NCBI RefSeq assembly: GCF_009914755.1
Contig: NC_060938.1
Reading direction: 5' to 3' (one strand)
DNA length: 64,000 nucleotides
Source: the human T2T-CHM13v2.0 reference genome, Homo sapiens
Shown here piece by piece: positions 13,301 through 27,605 of the stretch. The notes beneath the pieces are model-generated. The model searched no databases. It was not told where the DNA came from and saw only the letters and a program-made list of their open reading frames with translations. Positions within the stretch are counted from its first letter, which is position 1. Every line of letters begins with the position of its first letter. The position numbers were made by a program, and so were the translations under genes.

Positions 13301-16300
13301 TCTGTCAATAGAAAGGTTCAACTCTGTTAGCTGCATGCATATATCCCAAAGAAGATTCTGAGATTGCTTCTGTCTAGTTTTTATGGGAAGATATTTCCCT
13401 TTTCACCGTAGGCGTCCAGGCGCTCCAAATGTCCACTTCCAGATACTACAAAAAGAGTGTTTCAAACCTACTCTGTGAAAGGGAATATTCAACTCTGTGA
13501 CTTGAATGCACATATCACAAGGAAGTTTCTGAGAATGCTTCTGTCGAGATTTTATATGAAGATATTCCCGTTTCCAACGAAATCCTGAAATCTATCCAAA
13601 TATCCCCTCGCAGATTCTACAAAAAGAGTGTTTCAAAACTGCTCTGTAAAAAGGAAGGTTCAACTCTGTTAGTTGAGTACACACATCACAAACAAGTTTC
13701 ACAGAATGCTTCTTTCTAGCTTGTAGGGGAAGATATTCCCTTTATCACCACGGGCCTCCAACCGTCCGATAAGTCCACTTCCATATACTACAAAAAGAGC
13801 GTTTCAAACCTGCTCTATGAAAGGCAATGTTCAACTCTGTGACTTGAATGCAGACATCACAGAGCAGTTTCTGAGAATGCTTCTGTCTAGATTTTATAGG
13901 AAGATATTCCCGTTTCCAACGAAATCTTCACAGCTATCCAAATATCCACTTGCAGATTCTACAAAAAGAGTGTATCAAAACTGCTCTGTCAAAAGGAAGG
14001 TTCTTCTCTGTTAGGTGAGTGCATACGTCATAAAGGAGTTTCTGAGAATGTTTCTGTCTAGTGGTTATGGGAAGATATTTGCTTTTTCACCGTAGGCCTC
14101 AGAGCGCTCCAAATATCCACTTGCACATACTACAAAAAGAGTGCTTCAAAGCTGCTCTCTGAAACGGAATGTTCAACTCTATGAGTTGAATGCAAACATC
14201 ACAAAGACGTTTCTGAGAATGCTTCTGTCTAGATTTGATATGAAGATATTCCCGTTTCCAACGAAATCTTCAAATCTATCCAAATGTCCACTTGCAGATT
14301 CAACAAAAAGTGTTTTTCAGAACTGCTCTATCAAAAGAAAGATCCACCTCTGTTAGCTGAGTTCACACATCACAAACAAGTTTATGAGAATGCTTCTGTC
14401 TAGTTTTTATTTGAAGATATTTCCTTTCTCACCATAGAGCTGAAAGCTGTCCTAATGTTCACTTCCAGATACTACAGAAAGAGTGTTTCAAAACTGCTGT
14501 ACGAAAGGGAATGTTCAACTCTGTGACTTGAATACACACATCACAAAGAAGTTTCTGAGGATGCTGCTGTCTACTTTTTATACGTAATCCCGTTTCCAAC
14601 GAAATCCTCCAAGCTATCCAAATATCCACTTGCAGATTCCACAGAAAGGCTGTTTCAAAACTGCTCTGTCAATAGAAAGGTTCAACTCTGTTAGCTGCGT
14701 GCATATATCCCAAAGAAGATTCTGAGATTGCTTCTGTCTAGTTTTTATGGGAAGATATTTCCCTTTTCACCGTAGGTGTCAAGGCGCTCCAAATGTCCAC
14801 TTCCAGATACTACAAAAAGAGTGTTTCAAACCTACTCTGTGAAAGGGAATATTCAACTCTGTGACTTGAATGCACATATCACAAAGAAGTTTCTGAGAAT
14901 GCTTCTGTCGAGATTTTATATGAAGATATTCCCGTTTCCAACGAAATCCTGAAATGTATCCAAATATCCCCTCGCAGATTCTACAAAAAGAGTGTTTCAA
15001 AACTGCTCTGTAAAAAGAAAGGTTCAACTCTGTTAGTTGAGTACACACATCACAAATAAGTTTCACACAATGCTTCTTTCTAGCTTGTAGGGGAAGATAT
15101 TCCCTTTATCACCATGGGCCTCAAACCGTCTGAAACGTCCACTTCCATATACTACAAAAAGAGCATTTCAAACCTGCTCTATGAAAGGCAATGTTCAACT
15201 CTGTGACTTGAATGCAGACATCACAGAGCAGTTTCTGAGAATGCTTCTGTCTAGATTTTATAGGAAGATATTCCCGTTTCCAACGAAATCTTCACAGCTA
15301 TCCAAATATCCACTTGCAGATTCTACAAAAAGAGTGTATCAAAACTGCTCTGTCAAAAGGAAGGTTCTTCTCTGTTAGGTGAGTGCATACGTCATAAAGG
15401 AGTTTCTGAGAATGTTTCTGTCTAGTGGTTATGGGAAGATATTTGCTTTTTCCCCGTAGGCCTCAGGGCGCTCCAAATGTCCACTTGCACATGCTACAAA
15501 AAGAGTGCTTCAAAGCTGCTCTCTGAAAGGGAATGTTCAACTCTATGAGTTGAATGCAAACATCACAAAGACGTTTCTGAGAATGCTTCTGTCTAGATTT
15601 GATATGAAGATCTTCCCGTTTCCAACGAAATCTTCAAATCTATCCAAATGTCCACTTGCAGATTCAACAAAAAGTGTTTTTCAGAACTGCTCTATCAAAA
15701 GAAAGATCCACCTCTGTTAGCTGAGTTCAGACATCACAAACAAGTTTATGAGAATGCTTCTGTCTAGTTTTTATTTGAAGATATTTCCTTTCTCACCATA
15801 GACCTGAAAGCTGTCCTAATGTTCACTTCCAGTTACTACAGAAAGAGTGTTTCAAAACTGCTGTACGAAAGGGAATGTTCAACTCTGTGACTTGAATGCA
15901 CACATCACAAAGAAGTTTCTGAGGATGCTGCTGTCTACTTTTTATACTTAATCCCGTTTCCAACGAAATCCTCCAAGCTATCCAAATATCCACTTGCAGA
16001 TTCCACAGAAAGACTGTTTCAAAACTGCTCTGTCAATAGAAAGGTTCAACTCTGTTAGCTGCGTGCATATATCCCAAAGAAGATTCTGAGATTGCTTCTG
16101 TCTAGTTTTTATGGGAAGATATTTCCCTTTTCACCGTAGGCGTCCAGGCGCTCCAAATGTCCACTTCCAGATACTACAAAAAGAGTGTTTCAAACCTACT
16201 CTGTGAAAGGGAATATTCAACTCTGTGACTTGAATGCACATATCACAAGGAAGTTTCTGAGAATGCTTCTGTCGAGATTTTATATGAAGATATTCCCGTT

Positions 16301-19274
16301 TCCAACGAAATCCTGAAATCTATCCAAATATCCCCTCGCAGATTCTACAAAAAGAGTGTTTCAAAACTGCTCTGTAAAAAGGAAGGTTCAACTCTGTTAG
16401 TTGAGTACACACATCACAAACAAGTTTCACAGAATGCTTCTTTCTAGCTTGTAGGGGAAGATATTCCCTTTATCACCACGGGCCTCCAACCGTCCGATAA
16501 GTCCACTTCCATATACTACAAAAAGAGCGTTTCAAACCTGCTCTATGAAAGGCAATGTTCAACTCTGTGACTTGAATGCAGACATCACAGAGCAGTTTCT
16601 GAGAATGCTTCTGTCTAGATTTTATAGGAAGATATTCCCGTTTCCAACGAAATCTTCACAGCTATCCAAATATCCACTTGCAGATTCTACAAAAAGAGTG
16701 TATCAAAACTGCTCTGTCAAAAGGAAGGTTCTTCTCTGTTAGGTGAGTGCATACGTCATAAAGGAGTTTCTGAGAATGTTTCTGTCTAGTGGTTATGGGA
16801 AGATATTTGCTTTTTCACCGTAGGCCTCAGAGCGCTCCAAATATCCACTTGCACATACTACAAAAAGAGTGCTTCAAAGCTGCTCTCTGAAACGGAATGT
16901 TCAACTCTATGAGTTGAATGCAAACATCACAAAGACGTTTCTGAGAATGCTTCTGTCTAGATTTGATATGAAGATATTCCCGTTTCCAACGAAATCTTCA
17001 AATCTATCCAAATGTCCACTTGCAGATTCAACAAAAAGTGTTTTTCAGAACTGCTCTATCAAAAGAAAGATCCACCTCTGTTAGCTGAGTTCACACATCA
17101 CAAACAAGTTTATGAGAATGCTTCTGTCTAGTTTTTATTTGAAGATATTTCCTTTCTCACCATAGAGCTGAAAGCTGTCCTAATGTTCACTTCCAGATAC
17201 TACAGAAAGAGTGTTTCAAAACTGCTGTACGAAAGGGAATGTTCAACTCTGTGACTTGAATACACACATCACAAAGAAGTTTCTGAGGATGCTGCTGTCT
17301 ACTTTTTATACGTAATCCCGTTTCCAACGAAATCCTCCAAGCTATCCAAATATCCACTTGCAGATTCCACAGAAAGGCTGTTTCAAAACTGCTCTGTCAA
17401 TAGAAAGGTTCAACTCTGTTAGCTGCGTGCATATATCCCAAAGAAGATTCTGAGATTGCTTCTGTCTAGTTTTTATGGGAAGATATTTCCCTTTTCACCG
17501 TAGGTGTCAAGGCGCTCCAAATGTCCACTTCCAGATACTACAAAAAGAGTGTTTCAAACCTACTCTGTGAAAGGGAATATTCAACTCTGTGACTTGAATG
17601 CACATATCACAAAGAAGTTTCTGAGAATGCTTCTGTCGAGATTTTATATGAAGATATTCCCGTTTCCAACGAAATCCTGAAATGTATCCAAATATCCCCT
17701 CGCAGATTCTACAAAAAGAGTGTTTCAAAACTGCTCTGTAAAAAGAAAGGTTCAACTCTGTTAGTTGAGTACACACATCACAAATAAGTTTCACACAATG
17801 CTTCTTTCTAGCTTGTAGGGGAAGATATTCCCTTTATCACCATGGGCCTCAAACCGTCTGAAACGTCCACTTCCATATACTACAAAAAGAGCATTTCAAA
17901 CCTGCTCTATGAAAGGCAATGTTCAACTCTGTGACTTGAATGCAGACATCACAGAGCAGTTTCTGAGAATGCTTCTGTCTAGATTTTATAGGAAGATATT
18001 CCCGTTTCCAACGAAATCTTCACAGCTATCCAAATATCCACTTGCAGATTCTACAAAAAGAGTGTATCAAAACTGCTCTGTCAAAAGGAAGGTTCTTCTC
18101 TGTTAGGTGAGTGCATACGTCATAAAGGAGTTTCTGAGAATGTTTCTGTCTAGTGGTTATGGGAAGATATTTGCTTTTTCCCCGTAGGCCTCAGGGCGCT
18201 CCAAATGTCCACTTGCACATGCTACAAAAAGAGTGCTTCAAAGCTGCTCTCTGAAAGGGAATGTTCAACTCTATGAGTTGAATGCAAACATCACAAAGAC
18301 GTTTCTGAGAATGCTTCTGTCTAGATTTGATATGAAGATCTTCCCGTTTCCAACGAAATCTTCAAATCTATCCAAATGTCCACTTGCAGATTCAACAAAA
18401 AGTGTTTTTCAGAACTGCTCTATCAAAAGAAAGATCCACCTCTGTTAGCTGAGTTCAGACATCACAAACAAGTTTATGAGAATGCTTCTGTCTAGTTTTT
18501 ATTTGAAGATATTTCCTTTCTCACCATAGACCTGAAAGCTGTCCTAATGTTCACTTCCAGTTACTACAGAAAGAGTGTTTCAAAACTGCTGTACGAAAGG
18601 GAATGTTCAACTCTGTGACTTGAATGCACACATCACAAAGAAGTTTCTGAGGATGCTGCTGTCTACTTTTTATACTTAATCCCGTTTCCAACGAAATCCT
18701 CCAAGCTATCCAAATATCCACTTGCAGATTCCACAGAAAGACTGTTTCAAAACTGCTCTGTCAATAGAAAGGTTCAACTCTGTTAGCTGCGTGCATATAT
18801 CCCAAAGAAGATTCTGAGATTGCTTCTGTCTAGTTTTTATGGGAAGATATTTCCCTTTTCACCGTAGGCGTCCAGGCGCTCCAAATGTCCACTTCCAGAT
18901 ACTACAAAAAGAGTGTTTCAAACCTACTCTGTGAAAGGGAATATTCAACTCTGTGACTTGAATGCACATATCACAAGGAAGTTTCTGAGAATGCTTCTGT
19001 CGAGATTTTATATGAAGATATTCCCGTTTCCAACGAAATCCTGAAATCTATCCAAATATCCCCTCGCAGATTCTACAAAAAGAGTGTTTCAAAACTGCTC
19101 TGTAAAAAGGAAGGTTCAACTCTGTTAGTTGAGTACACACATCACAAACAAGTTTCACAGAATGCTTCTTTCTAGCTTGTAGGGGAAGATATTCCCTTTA
19201 TCACCATGGGCCTCCAACCGTCCGATAAGTCCACTTCCATATACTACAAAAAGAGCGTTTCAAACCTGCTCTAT

Positions 19275-22200
19275 GAAAGGCAATGTTCAACTCTGTGACT
19301 TGAATGCAGACATCACAGAGCAGTTTCTGAGAATGCTTCTGTCTAGATTTTATAGGAAGATATTCCCGTTTCCAACGAAATCTTCACAGCTATCCAAATA
19401 TCCACTTGCAGATTCTACAAAAAAAGTGTATCAAAACTGCTCTGTCACAAGGAAGGTTCTTCTCTGTTAGGTGAGTGCATACGTCATAAAGGAGTTTCTG
19501 AGAATGTTTCTGTCTAGTGGTTATGGGAAGATATTTGCTTTTTCACCGTAGGCCTCAGAGCGCTCCAAATATCCACTTGCACATACTACAAAAAGAGTGC
19601 TTCAAAGCTGGTCTCTGAAACGGAATGTTCAACTCTATGAGTTGAATGCAAACATCACAAAGACGTTTCTGAGAATGCTTCTGTCTAGATTTGATATGAA
19701 GATATTCCCGTTTCCAACGAAATCTTCAAATCTATCCAAATGTCCACTTGCAGATTCAACAAAAAGTGTTTTTCAGAACTGCTCTATCAAAAGAAAGATC
19801 CACCTCTGTTAGCTGAGTTCACACATCACAAACAAGTTTATGAGAATGCTTCTGTCTAGTTTTTATTTGAAGATATTTCCTTTCTCACCATAGAGCTGAA
19901 AGCTGTCCTAATGTTCACTTCCAGATACTACAGAAAGAGTGTTTCAAAACTGCTGTATGAAAGGGAATGTTCAACTCTGTGACTTGAATGCACACATCAC
20001 AAAGAAGTTTCTGAGGATGCTGCTGTCTACTTTTTATACGTAATCCCGTTTCCAACGAAATCCTCCAAGCTATCCAAATATCCACTTCCAGATTCCACAG
20101 AAAGACTGTTTCAAAACTGCTCTGTCAATAGAAAGGTTCAACTCTGTTAGCTGCGTGCATATATCCCAAAGAAGATTCTGAGATTGCTTCTGTCTAGTTT
20201 TTATTGGAAGATATTTCCCTTTTCACCGTAGGTGTCAAGGCGCTCCAAATGTCCACTTCCAGATACTACAAAAAGAGTGTTTCAAACCTACTCTGTGAAA
20301 GGGAATATTCAACTCTGTGACTTGAATGCACATATCACAAAGTAGTTTCTGAGAATGCTTCTGTCGAGATTTTATATGAAGATATTCCCGTTTCCAACGA
20401 AATCCTGAAATGTATCCAAATATCCCCTCGCAGATTCTACAAAAAGAGTGTTTCAAAACTGCTCTGTAAAAAGAAAGGTTCAACTCTGTTAGTTGAGTAC
20501 ACACATCACAAATAAGTTTCACACAATGCTTCTTTCTAGCTTGTAGGGGAAGATATTCCCTTTATCACCATGGGCCTCAAACCGTCTGAAACGTCCACTT
20601 CCATATACTACAAAAAGAGCATTTCAAACCTGCTCTATGAAAGGCAATGTTCAACTCTGTGACTTGAATGCAGACATCACAGAGCAGTTTCTGAGAATGC
20701 TTCTGTCTAGATTTTATAGGAAGATATTCCCGTTTCCAACGAAATCTTCACAGCTATCCAAATATCCACTTGCAGATTCTACAAAAAGAGTGTATCAAAA
20801 CTGCTCTGTCAAAAGGAAGGTTCTTCTCTGTTAGGTGAGTGCATACGTCATAAAGGAGTTTCTGAGAATGTTTCTGTCTAGTGGTTATGGGAAGATATTT
20901 GCTTTTTCCCCGTAGGCCTCAGGGCGCTCCAAATGTCCACTTGCACATGCTACAAAAAGAGTGCTTCAAAGCTGCTCTCTGAAAGGGAATGTTCAACTCT
21001 ATGAGTTGAATGCAAACATCACAAAGACGTTTCTGAGAATGCTTCTGTCTAGATTTGATATGAAGATCTTCCCGTTTCCAACGAAATCTTCAAATCTATC
21101 CAAATGTCCACTTGCAGATTCAACAAAAAGTGTTTTTCAGAACTGCTCTATCAAAAGAAAGATCCACCTCTGTTAGCTGAGTTCAGACATCACAAACAAG
21201 TTTATGAGAATGCTTCTGTCTAGTTTTTATTTGAAGATATTTCCTTTCTCACCATAGACCTGAAAGCTGTCCTAATGTTCACTTCCAGTTACTACAGAAA
21301 GAGTGTTTCAAAACTGCTGTACGAAAGGGAATGTTCAACTCTGTGACTTGAATGCACACATCACAAAGAAGTTTCTGAGGATGCTGCTGTCTACTTTTTA
21401 TACTTAATCCCGTTTCCAACGAAATCCTCCAAGCTATCCAAATATCTACTTGCAGATTCCACAGAAAGACTGTTTCAAAACTGCTCTGTCAATAGAAAGG
21501 TTCAACTCTGTTAGCTGCGTGCATATATCCCAAAGAAGATTCTGAGATTGCTTCTGTCTAGTTTTTATGGGAAGATATTTCCCTTTTCACCGTAGGCGTC
21601 CAGGCGCTCCAAATGTCCACTTCCAGATACTACAAAAAGAGTGTTTCAAACCTACTCTGTGAAAGGGAATATTCAACTCTGTGACTTGAATGCACATATC
21701 ACAAGGAAGTTTCTGAGAATGCTTCTGTCGAGATTTTATATGAAGATATTCTCGTTTACAACGAAATCCTGAAATCTATCCAAATATCCCCTCGCAGATT
21801 CTACAAAAAGAGTGTTTCAAAACTGCTCTGTAAAAAGAAAGGTTCAACTCTGTTAGTTGAGTACACACATCACAAACAAGTTTCACAGAATGCTTCTTTC
21901 TAGCTTGTAGGGGAAGATATTCCCTTTATCACCATGGGCCTCCAACCGTCCGAAACATCCACTTCCATATACTACAAAAAGAGCGTTTCAAACCTGCTCT
22001 ATGAAAGGCAATGTTCAACTCTGTGACTTGAATGCAGACATCACAGAGCAGTTTCTGAGAATGCTTCTGTCTAGATTTTATAGGAAGATATTCCCGTTTC
22101 CAACGAAATCTTCACAGCTATCCAAATATCCACTTGCAGATTCTACAAAAAGTGTATCAAAACTGCTCTGTCAAAAGGAAGGTTCTTCTCTGTTAGGTGA

Positions 22201-25200
22201 GTGCATACGTCATAAAGGAGTTTCTGAGAATGTTTCTGTCTAGTGGTTATGGGAAGATATTTGCTTTTTCACCGTAGGCCTCAGAGCGCTCCAAATATCC
22301 ACTTGCACATACTACAAAAAGAGTGCTTCAAAGCTGCTCTCTGAAACGGAATGTTCAACTCTATGAGTTGAATGCAAACATCACAAAGACGTTTCTGAGA
22401 ATGCTTCTGTCTAGATTTGATATGAAGATATTCCCGTTTCCAACGAAATCTTCAAATCTATCCAAATGTCCACTTGCAGATTCAACAAAAAGTGTTTTTC
22501 AGAACTGCTCTATCAAAAGAAAGATCCACCTCTGTTAGCTGAGTTCAGACATCACAAACAAGTTTATGAGAATGCTTCTGTCTAGTTTTTATTTGAAGAT
22601 ATTTCCTTTCTCACCATAGACCTGAAAGCTGTCCTAATGTTCACTTCCAGTTACTACAGAAAGAGTGTTTCAAAACTGCTGTATGAAAGGGAATGTTCAA
22701 CTCTGTGACTTGAATGCACACATCACAAAGAAGTTTCTGAGGATGCTGCTGTCTACTTTTTATACTTAATCCCGTTTCCAACGAAATCCTCCAAGCTATC
22801 CAAATATCCACTTGCAGATTCCACAGAAAGACTGTTTCAAAACTGCTCTGTCAATAGAAAGGTTCAACTCTGTTAGCTGCGTGCATATATCCCAAAGAAG
22901 ATTCTGAGATTGCTTCTGTCTAGTTTTTATGGGAAGATATTTCCCTTTTCACCGTAGGCGTCAAGGCGCTCCAAATGTCCACTTCCAGATACTACAAAAA
23001 GAGTGTTTCAAACCTACTCTGTGAAAGGGAATATTCAACTCTGTGACTTGAATGCACATATCACAAGGAAGTTTCTGAGAATGCTTCTGTCGAGATTTTA
23101 TATGAAGATATTCCCGTTTCCAACGAAATCCTGAAATCTATCCAAATATCCCCTCGCAGATTCTACAAAAAGAGTGTTTCAAAACTGCTCTGTAAAAAGA
23201 AAGGTTCAACTCTGTTAGTTGAGTACACACATCACAAACAAGTTTCACAGAATGCTTCTTTCTAGCTTGTAGGGGAAGATATTCCCTTTATCACCATGGG
23301 CCTCAAACCGTCCGATAAGTCCACTTCCATATACTACAAAAAGAGCGTTTCAAACCTGCTCTAGGAAAGGCAATGTTCAACTCTGTGACTTGAATGCAGA
23401 CATCACAGAGCAGTTTCTGAGAATGCTTCTGTCTAGATTTTATAGGAAGATATTCCCGTTTCCAACGAAATCTTCACAGCTATCCAAATATCCACTTGCA
23501 GATTCTACAAAAAAAGTGTATCAAAACTGCTCTGTCACAAGGAAGGTTCTTCTCTGTTAGGTGAGTGCATACGTCATAAAGGAGTTTCTGAGAATGTTTC
23601 TGTCTAGTGGTTATGGGAAGATATTTGCTTTTTCACCGTAGGCCTCAGAGCGCTCCAAATATCCACTTGCACATACTACAAAAAGAGTGCTTCAAAGCTG
23701 GTCTCTGAAACGGAATGTTCAACTCTATGAGTTGAATGCAAACATCACAAAGACGTTTCTGAGAATGCTTCTGTCTAGATTTGATATGAAGATATTCCCG
23801 TTTCCAACGAAATCTTCAAATCTATCCAAATGTCCACTTGCAGATTCAACAAAAAGTGTTTTTCAGAACTGCTCTATCAAAAGAAAGATCCACCTCTGTT
23901 AGCTGAGTTCACACATCACAAACAAGTTTATGAGAATGCTTCTGTCTAGTTTTTATTTGAAGATATTTCCTTTCTCACCATAGAGCTGAAAGCTGTCCTA
24001 ATGTTCACTTCCAGATACTACAGAAAGAGTGTTTCAAAACTGCTGTATGAAAGGGAATGTTCAACTCTGTGACTTGAATGCACACATCACAAAGAAGTTT
24101 CTGAGGATGCTGCTGTCTACTTTTTATACGTAATCCCGTTTCCAACGAAATCCTCCAAGCTATCCAAATATCCACTTCCAGATTCCACAGAAAGACTGTT
24201 TCAAAACTGCTCTGTCAATAGAAAGGTTCAACTCTGTTAGCTGCGTGCATATATCCCAAAGAAGATTCTGAGATTGCTTCTGTCTAGTTTTTATTGGAAG
24301 ATATTTCCCTTTTCACCGTAGGTGTCAAGGCGCTCCAAATGTCCACTTCCAGATACTACAAAAAGAGTGTTTCAAACCTACTCTGTGAAAGGGAATATTC
24401 AACTCTGTGACTTGAATGCACATATCACAAAGTAGTTTCTGAGAATGCTTCTGTCGAGATTTTATATGAAGATATTCCCGTTTCCAACGAAATCCTGAAA
24501 TGTATCCAAATATCCCCTCGCAGATTCTACAAAAAGAGTGTTTCAAAACTGCTCTGTAAAAAGAAAGGTTCAACTCTGTTAGTTGAGTACACACATCACA
24601 AATAAGTTTCACACAATGCTTCTTTCTAGCTTGTAGGGGAAGATATTCCCTTTATCACCATGGGCCTCAAACCGTCTGAAACGTCCACTTCCATATACTA
24701 CAAAAAGAGCATTTCAAACCTGCTGTATGAAAGGCAATGTTCAACTCTGTGACTTGAATGCAGACATCACAGAGCAGTTTCTGAGAATGCTTCTGTCTAG
24801 ATTTTATAGGAAGATATTCCCGTTTCCAACGAAATCTTCACAGCTATCCAAATATCCACTTGCAGATTCTACAAAAAGAGTGTATCAAAACTGCTCTGTC
24901 AAAAGGAAGGTTCTTCTCTGTTAGGTGAGTGCATACGTCATAAAGGAGTTTCTGAGAATGTTTCTGTCTAGTGGTTATGGGAAGATATTTGCTTTTTCCC
25001 CGTAGGCCTCAGGGCGCTCCAAATGTCCACTTGCACATGCTACAAAAAGAGTGCTTCAAAGCTGCTCTCTGAAAGGGAATGTTCAACTCTATGAGTTGAA
25101 TGCAAACATCACAAAGACGTTTCTGAGAATGCTTCTGTCTAGATTTGATATGAAGATCTTCCCGTTTCCAACGAAATCTTCAAATCTATCCAAATGTCCA

Positions 25201-27605
25201 CTTGCAGATTCAACAAAAAGTGTTTTTCAGAACTGCTCTATCAAAAGAAAGATCCACCTCTGTTAGCTGAGTTCAGACATCACAAACAAGTTTATGAGAA
25301 TGCTTCTGTCTAGTTTTTATTTGAAGATATTTCCTTTCTCACCATAGACCTGAAAGCTGTCCTAATGTTCACTTCCAGTTACTACAGAAAGAGTGTTTCA
25401 AAACTGCTGTACGAAAGGGAATGTTCAACTCTGTGACTTGAATGCACACATCACAAAGAAGTTTCTGAGGATGCTGCTGTCTACTTTTTATACTTAATCC
25501 CGTTTCCAACGAAATCCTCCAAGCTATCCAAATATCTACTTGCAGATTCCACAGAAAGACTGTTTCAAAACTGCTCTGTCAATAGAAAGGTTCAACTCTG
25601 TTAGCTGCGTGCATATATCCCAAAGAAGATTCTGAGATTGCTTCTGTCTAGTTTTTATGGGAAGATATTTCCCTTTTCACCGTAGGCGTCCAGGCGCTCC
25701 AAATGTCCACTTCCAGATACTACAAAAAGAGTGTTTCAAACCTACTCTGTGAAAGGGAATATTCAACTCTGTGACTTGAATGCACATATCACAAGGAAGT
25801 TTCTGAGAATGCTTCTGTCGAGATTTTATATGAAGACATTCTCGTTTACAACGAAATCCTGAAATCTATCCAAATATCCCCTCGCAGATTCTACAAAAAG
25901 AGTGTTTCAAAACTGCTCTGTAAAAAGAAAGGTTCAACTCTGTTAGTTGAGTACACACATCACAAACAAGTTTCACAGAATGCTTCTTTCTAGCTTGTAG
26001 GGGAAGATATTCCCTTTATCACCATGGGCCTCCAACCGTCCGAAACATCCACTTCCATATACTACAAAAAGAGCGTTTCAAACCTGCTCTATGAAAGGCA
26101 ATGTTCAACTCTGTGACTTGAATGCAGACATCACAGAGCAGTTTCTGAGAATGCTTCTGTCTAGATTTTATAGGAAGATATTCCCGTTTCCAACGAAATC
26201 TTCACAGCTATCCAAATATCCACTTGCAGATTCTACAAAAAGAGTGTATCAAAACTGCTCTGTCAAAAGGAAGGTTCTTCTCTGTTAGGTGAGTGCATAC
26301 GTCATAAAGGAGTTTCTGAGAATGTTTCTGTCTAGTGGTTATGGGAAGATATTTGCTTTATCACCGTAGGCCTCAGAGCGCTCCAAATATCCACTTGCAC
26401 ATACTACAAAAAGAGTGCTTCAAAGCTGCTCTCTGAAACGGAATGTTCAACTCTATGAGTTGAATGCAAACATCACAAAGACGTTTCTGAGAATGCTTCT
26501 GTCTAGATTTGATATGAAGATATTCCCGTTTCCAACGAAATCTTCAAATCTATCCAAATGTCCACTTGCAGATTCAACAAAAAGTGTTTTTCAGAACTGC
26601 TCTATCAAAAGAAAGATCCACCTCTGTTAGCTGAGTTCAGACATCACAAACAAGTTTATGAGAATGCTTCTGTCTAGTTTTTATTTGAAGATATTTCCTT
26701 TCTCACCATAGACCTGAAAGCTGTCCTAATGTTCACTTCCAGTTACTACAGAAAGAGTGTTTCAAAACTGCTGTATGAAAGGGAATGTTCAACTCTGTGA
26801 CTTGAATGCACACATCACAAAGAAGTTTCTGAGGATGCTGCTGTCTACTTTTTATACTTAATCCCGTTTCCAACGAAATCCTCCAAGCTATCCAAATATC
26901 CACTTGCAGATTCCACAGAAAGACTGTTTCAAAACTGCTCTGTCAATAGAAAGGTTCAACTCTGTTAGCTGCGTGCATATATCCCAAAGAAGATTCTGAG
27001 ATTGCTTCTGTCTAGTTTTTATGGGAAGATATTTCCCTTTTCACCGTAGGCGTCAAGGCGCTCCAAATGTCCACTTCCAGATACTACAAAAAGAGTGTTT
27101 CAAACCTACTCTGTGAAAGGGAATATTCAACTCTGTGACTTGAATGCACATATCACAAGGAAGTTTCTGAGAATGCTTCTGTCGAGATTTTATATGAAGA
27201 TATTCCCGTTTCCAACGAAATCCTGAAATCTATCCAAATATCCCCTCGCAGATTCTACAAAAAGAGTGTTTCAAAACTGCTCTGTAAAAAGAAAGGTTCA
27301 ACTCTGTTAGTTGAGTACACACATCACAAACAAGTTTCACAGAATGCTTCTTTCTAGCTTGTAGGGGAAGATATTCCCTTTATCACCATGGGCCTCAAAC
27401 CGTCCGATAAGTCCACTTCCATATACTACAAAAAGAGCGTTTCAAACCTGCTCTAGGAAAGGCAATGTTCAACTCTGTGACTTGAATGCAGACATCACAG
27501 AGCAGTTTCTGAGAATGCTTCTGTCTAGATTTTATAGGAAGATATTCCCGTTTCCAACGAAATCTTCACAGCTATCCAAATATCCACTTGCAGATTCTAC
27601 AAAAA
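19275..27605. repeat. Tandem duplication of a 3-HOR (XYY, ~4.09 kb) block
   Basis: Shared variants at offset 4090/4092: 19424/23514, 20088/24178, 21447/25537 (AATATCTACT), 21752/25842 (mutant CENP-B box), 23364/27456. Confidence 0.88.

Noticed and set aside
22001-22243. Unique 80-aa ORF with a different C-terminus
   Set aside because: It is fully explained by the 2-bp deletion at ~22151.
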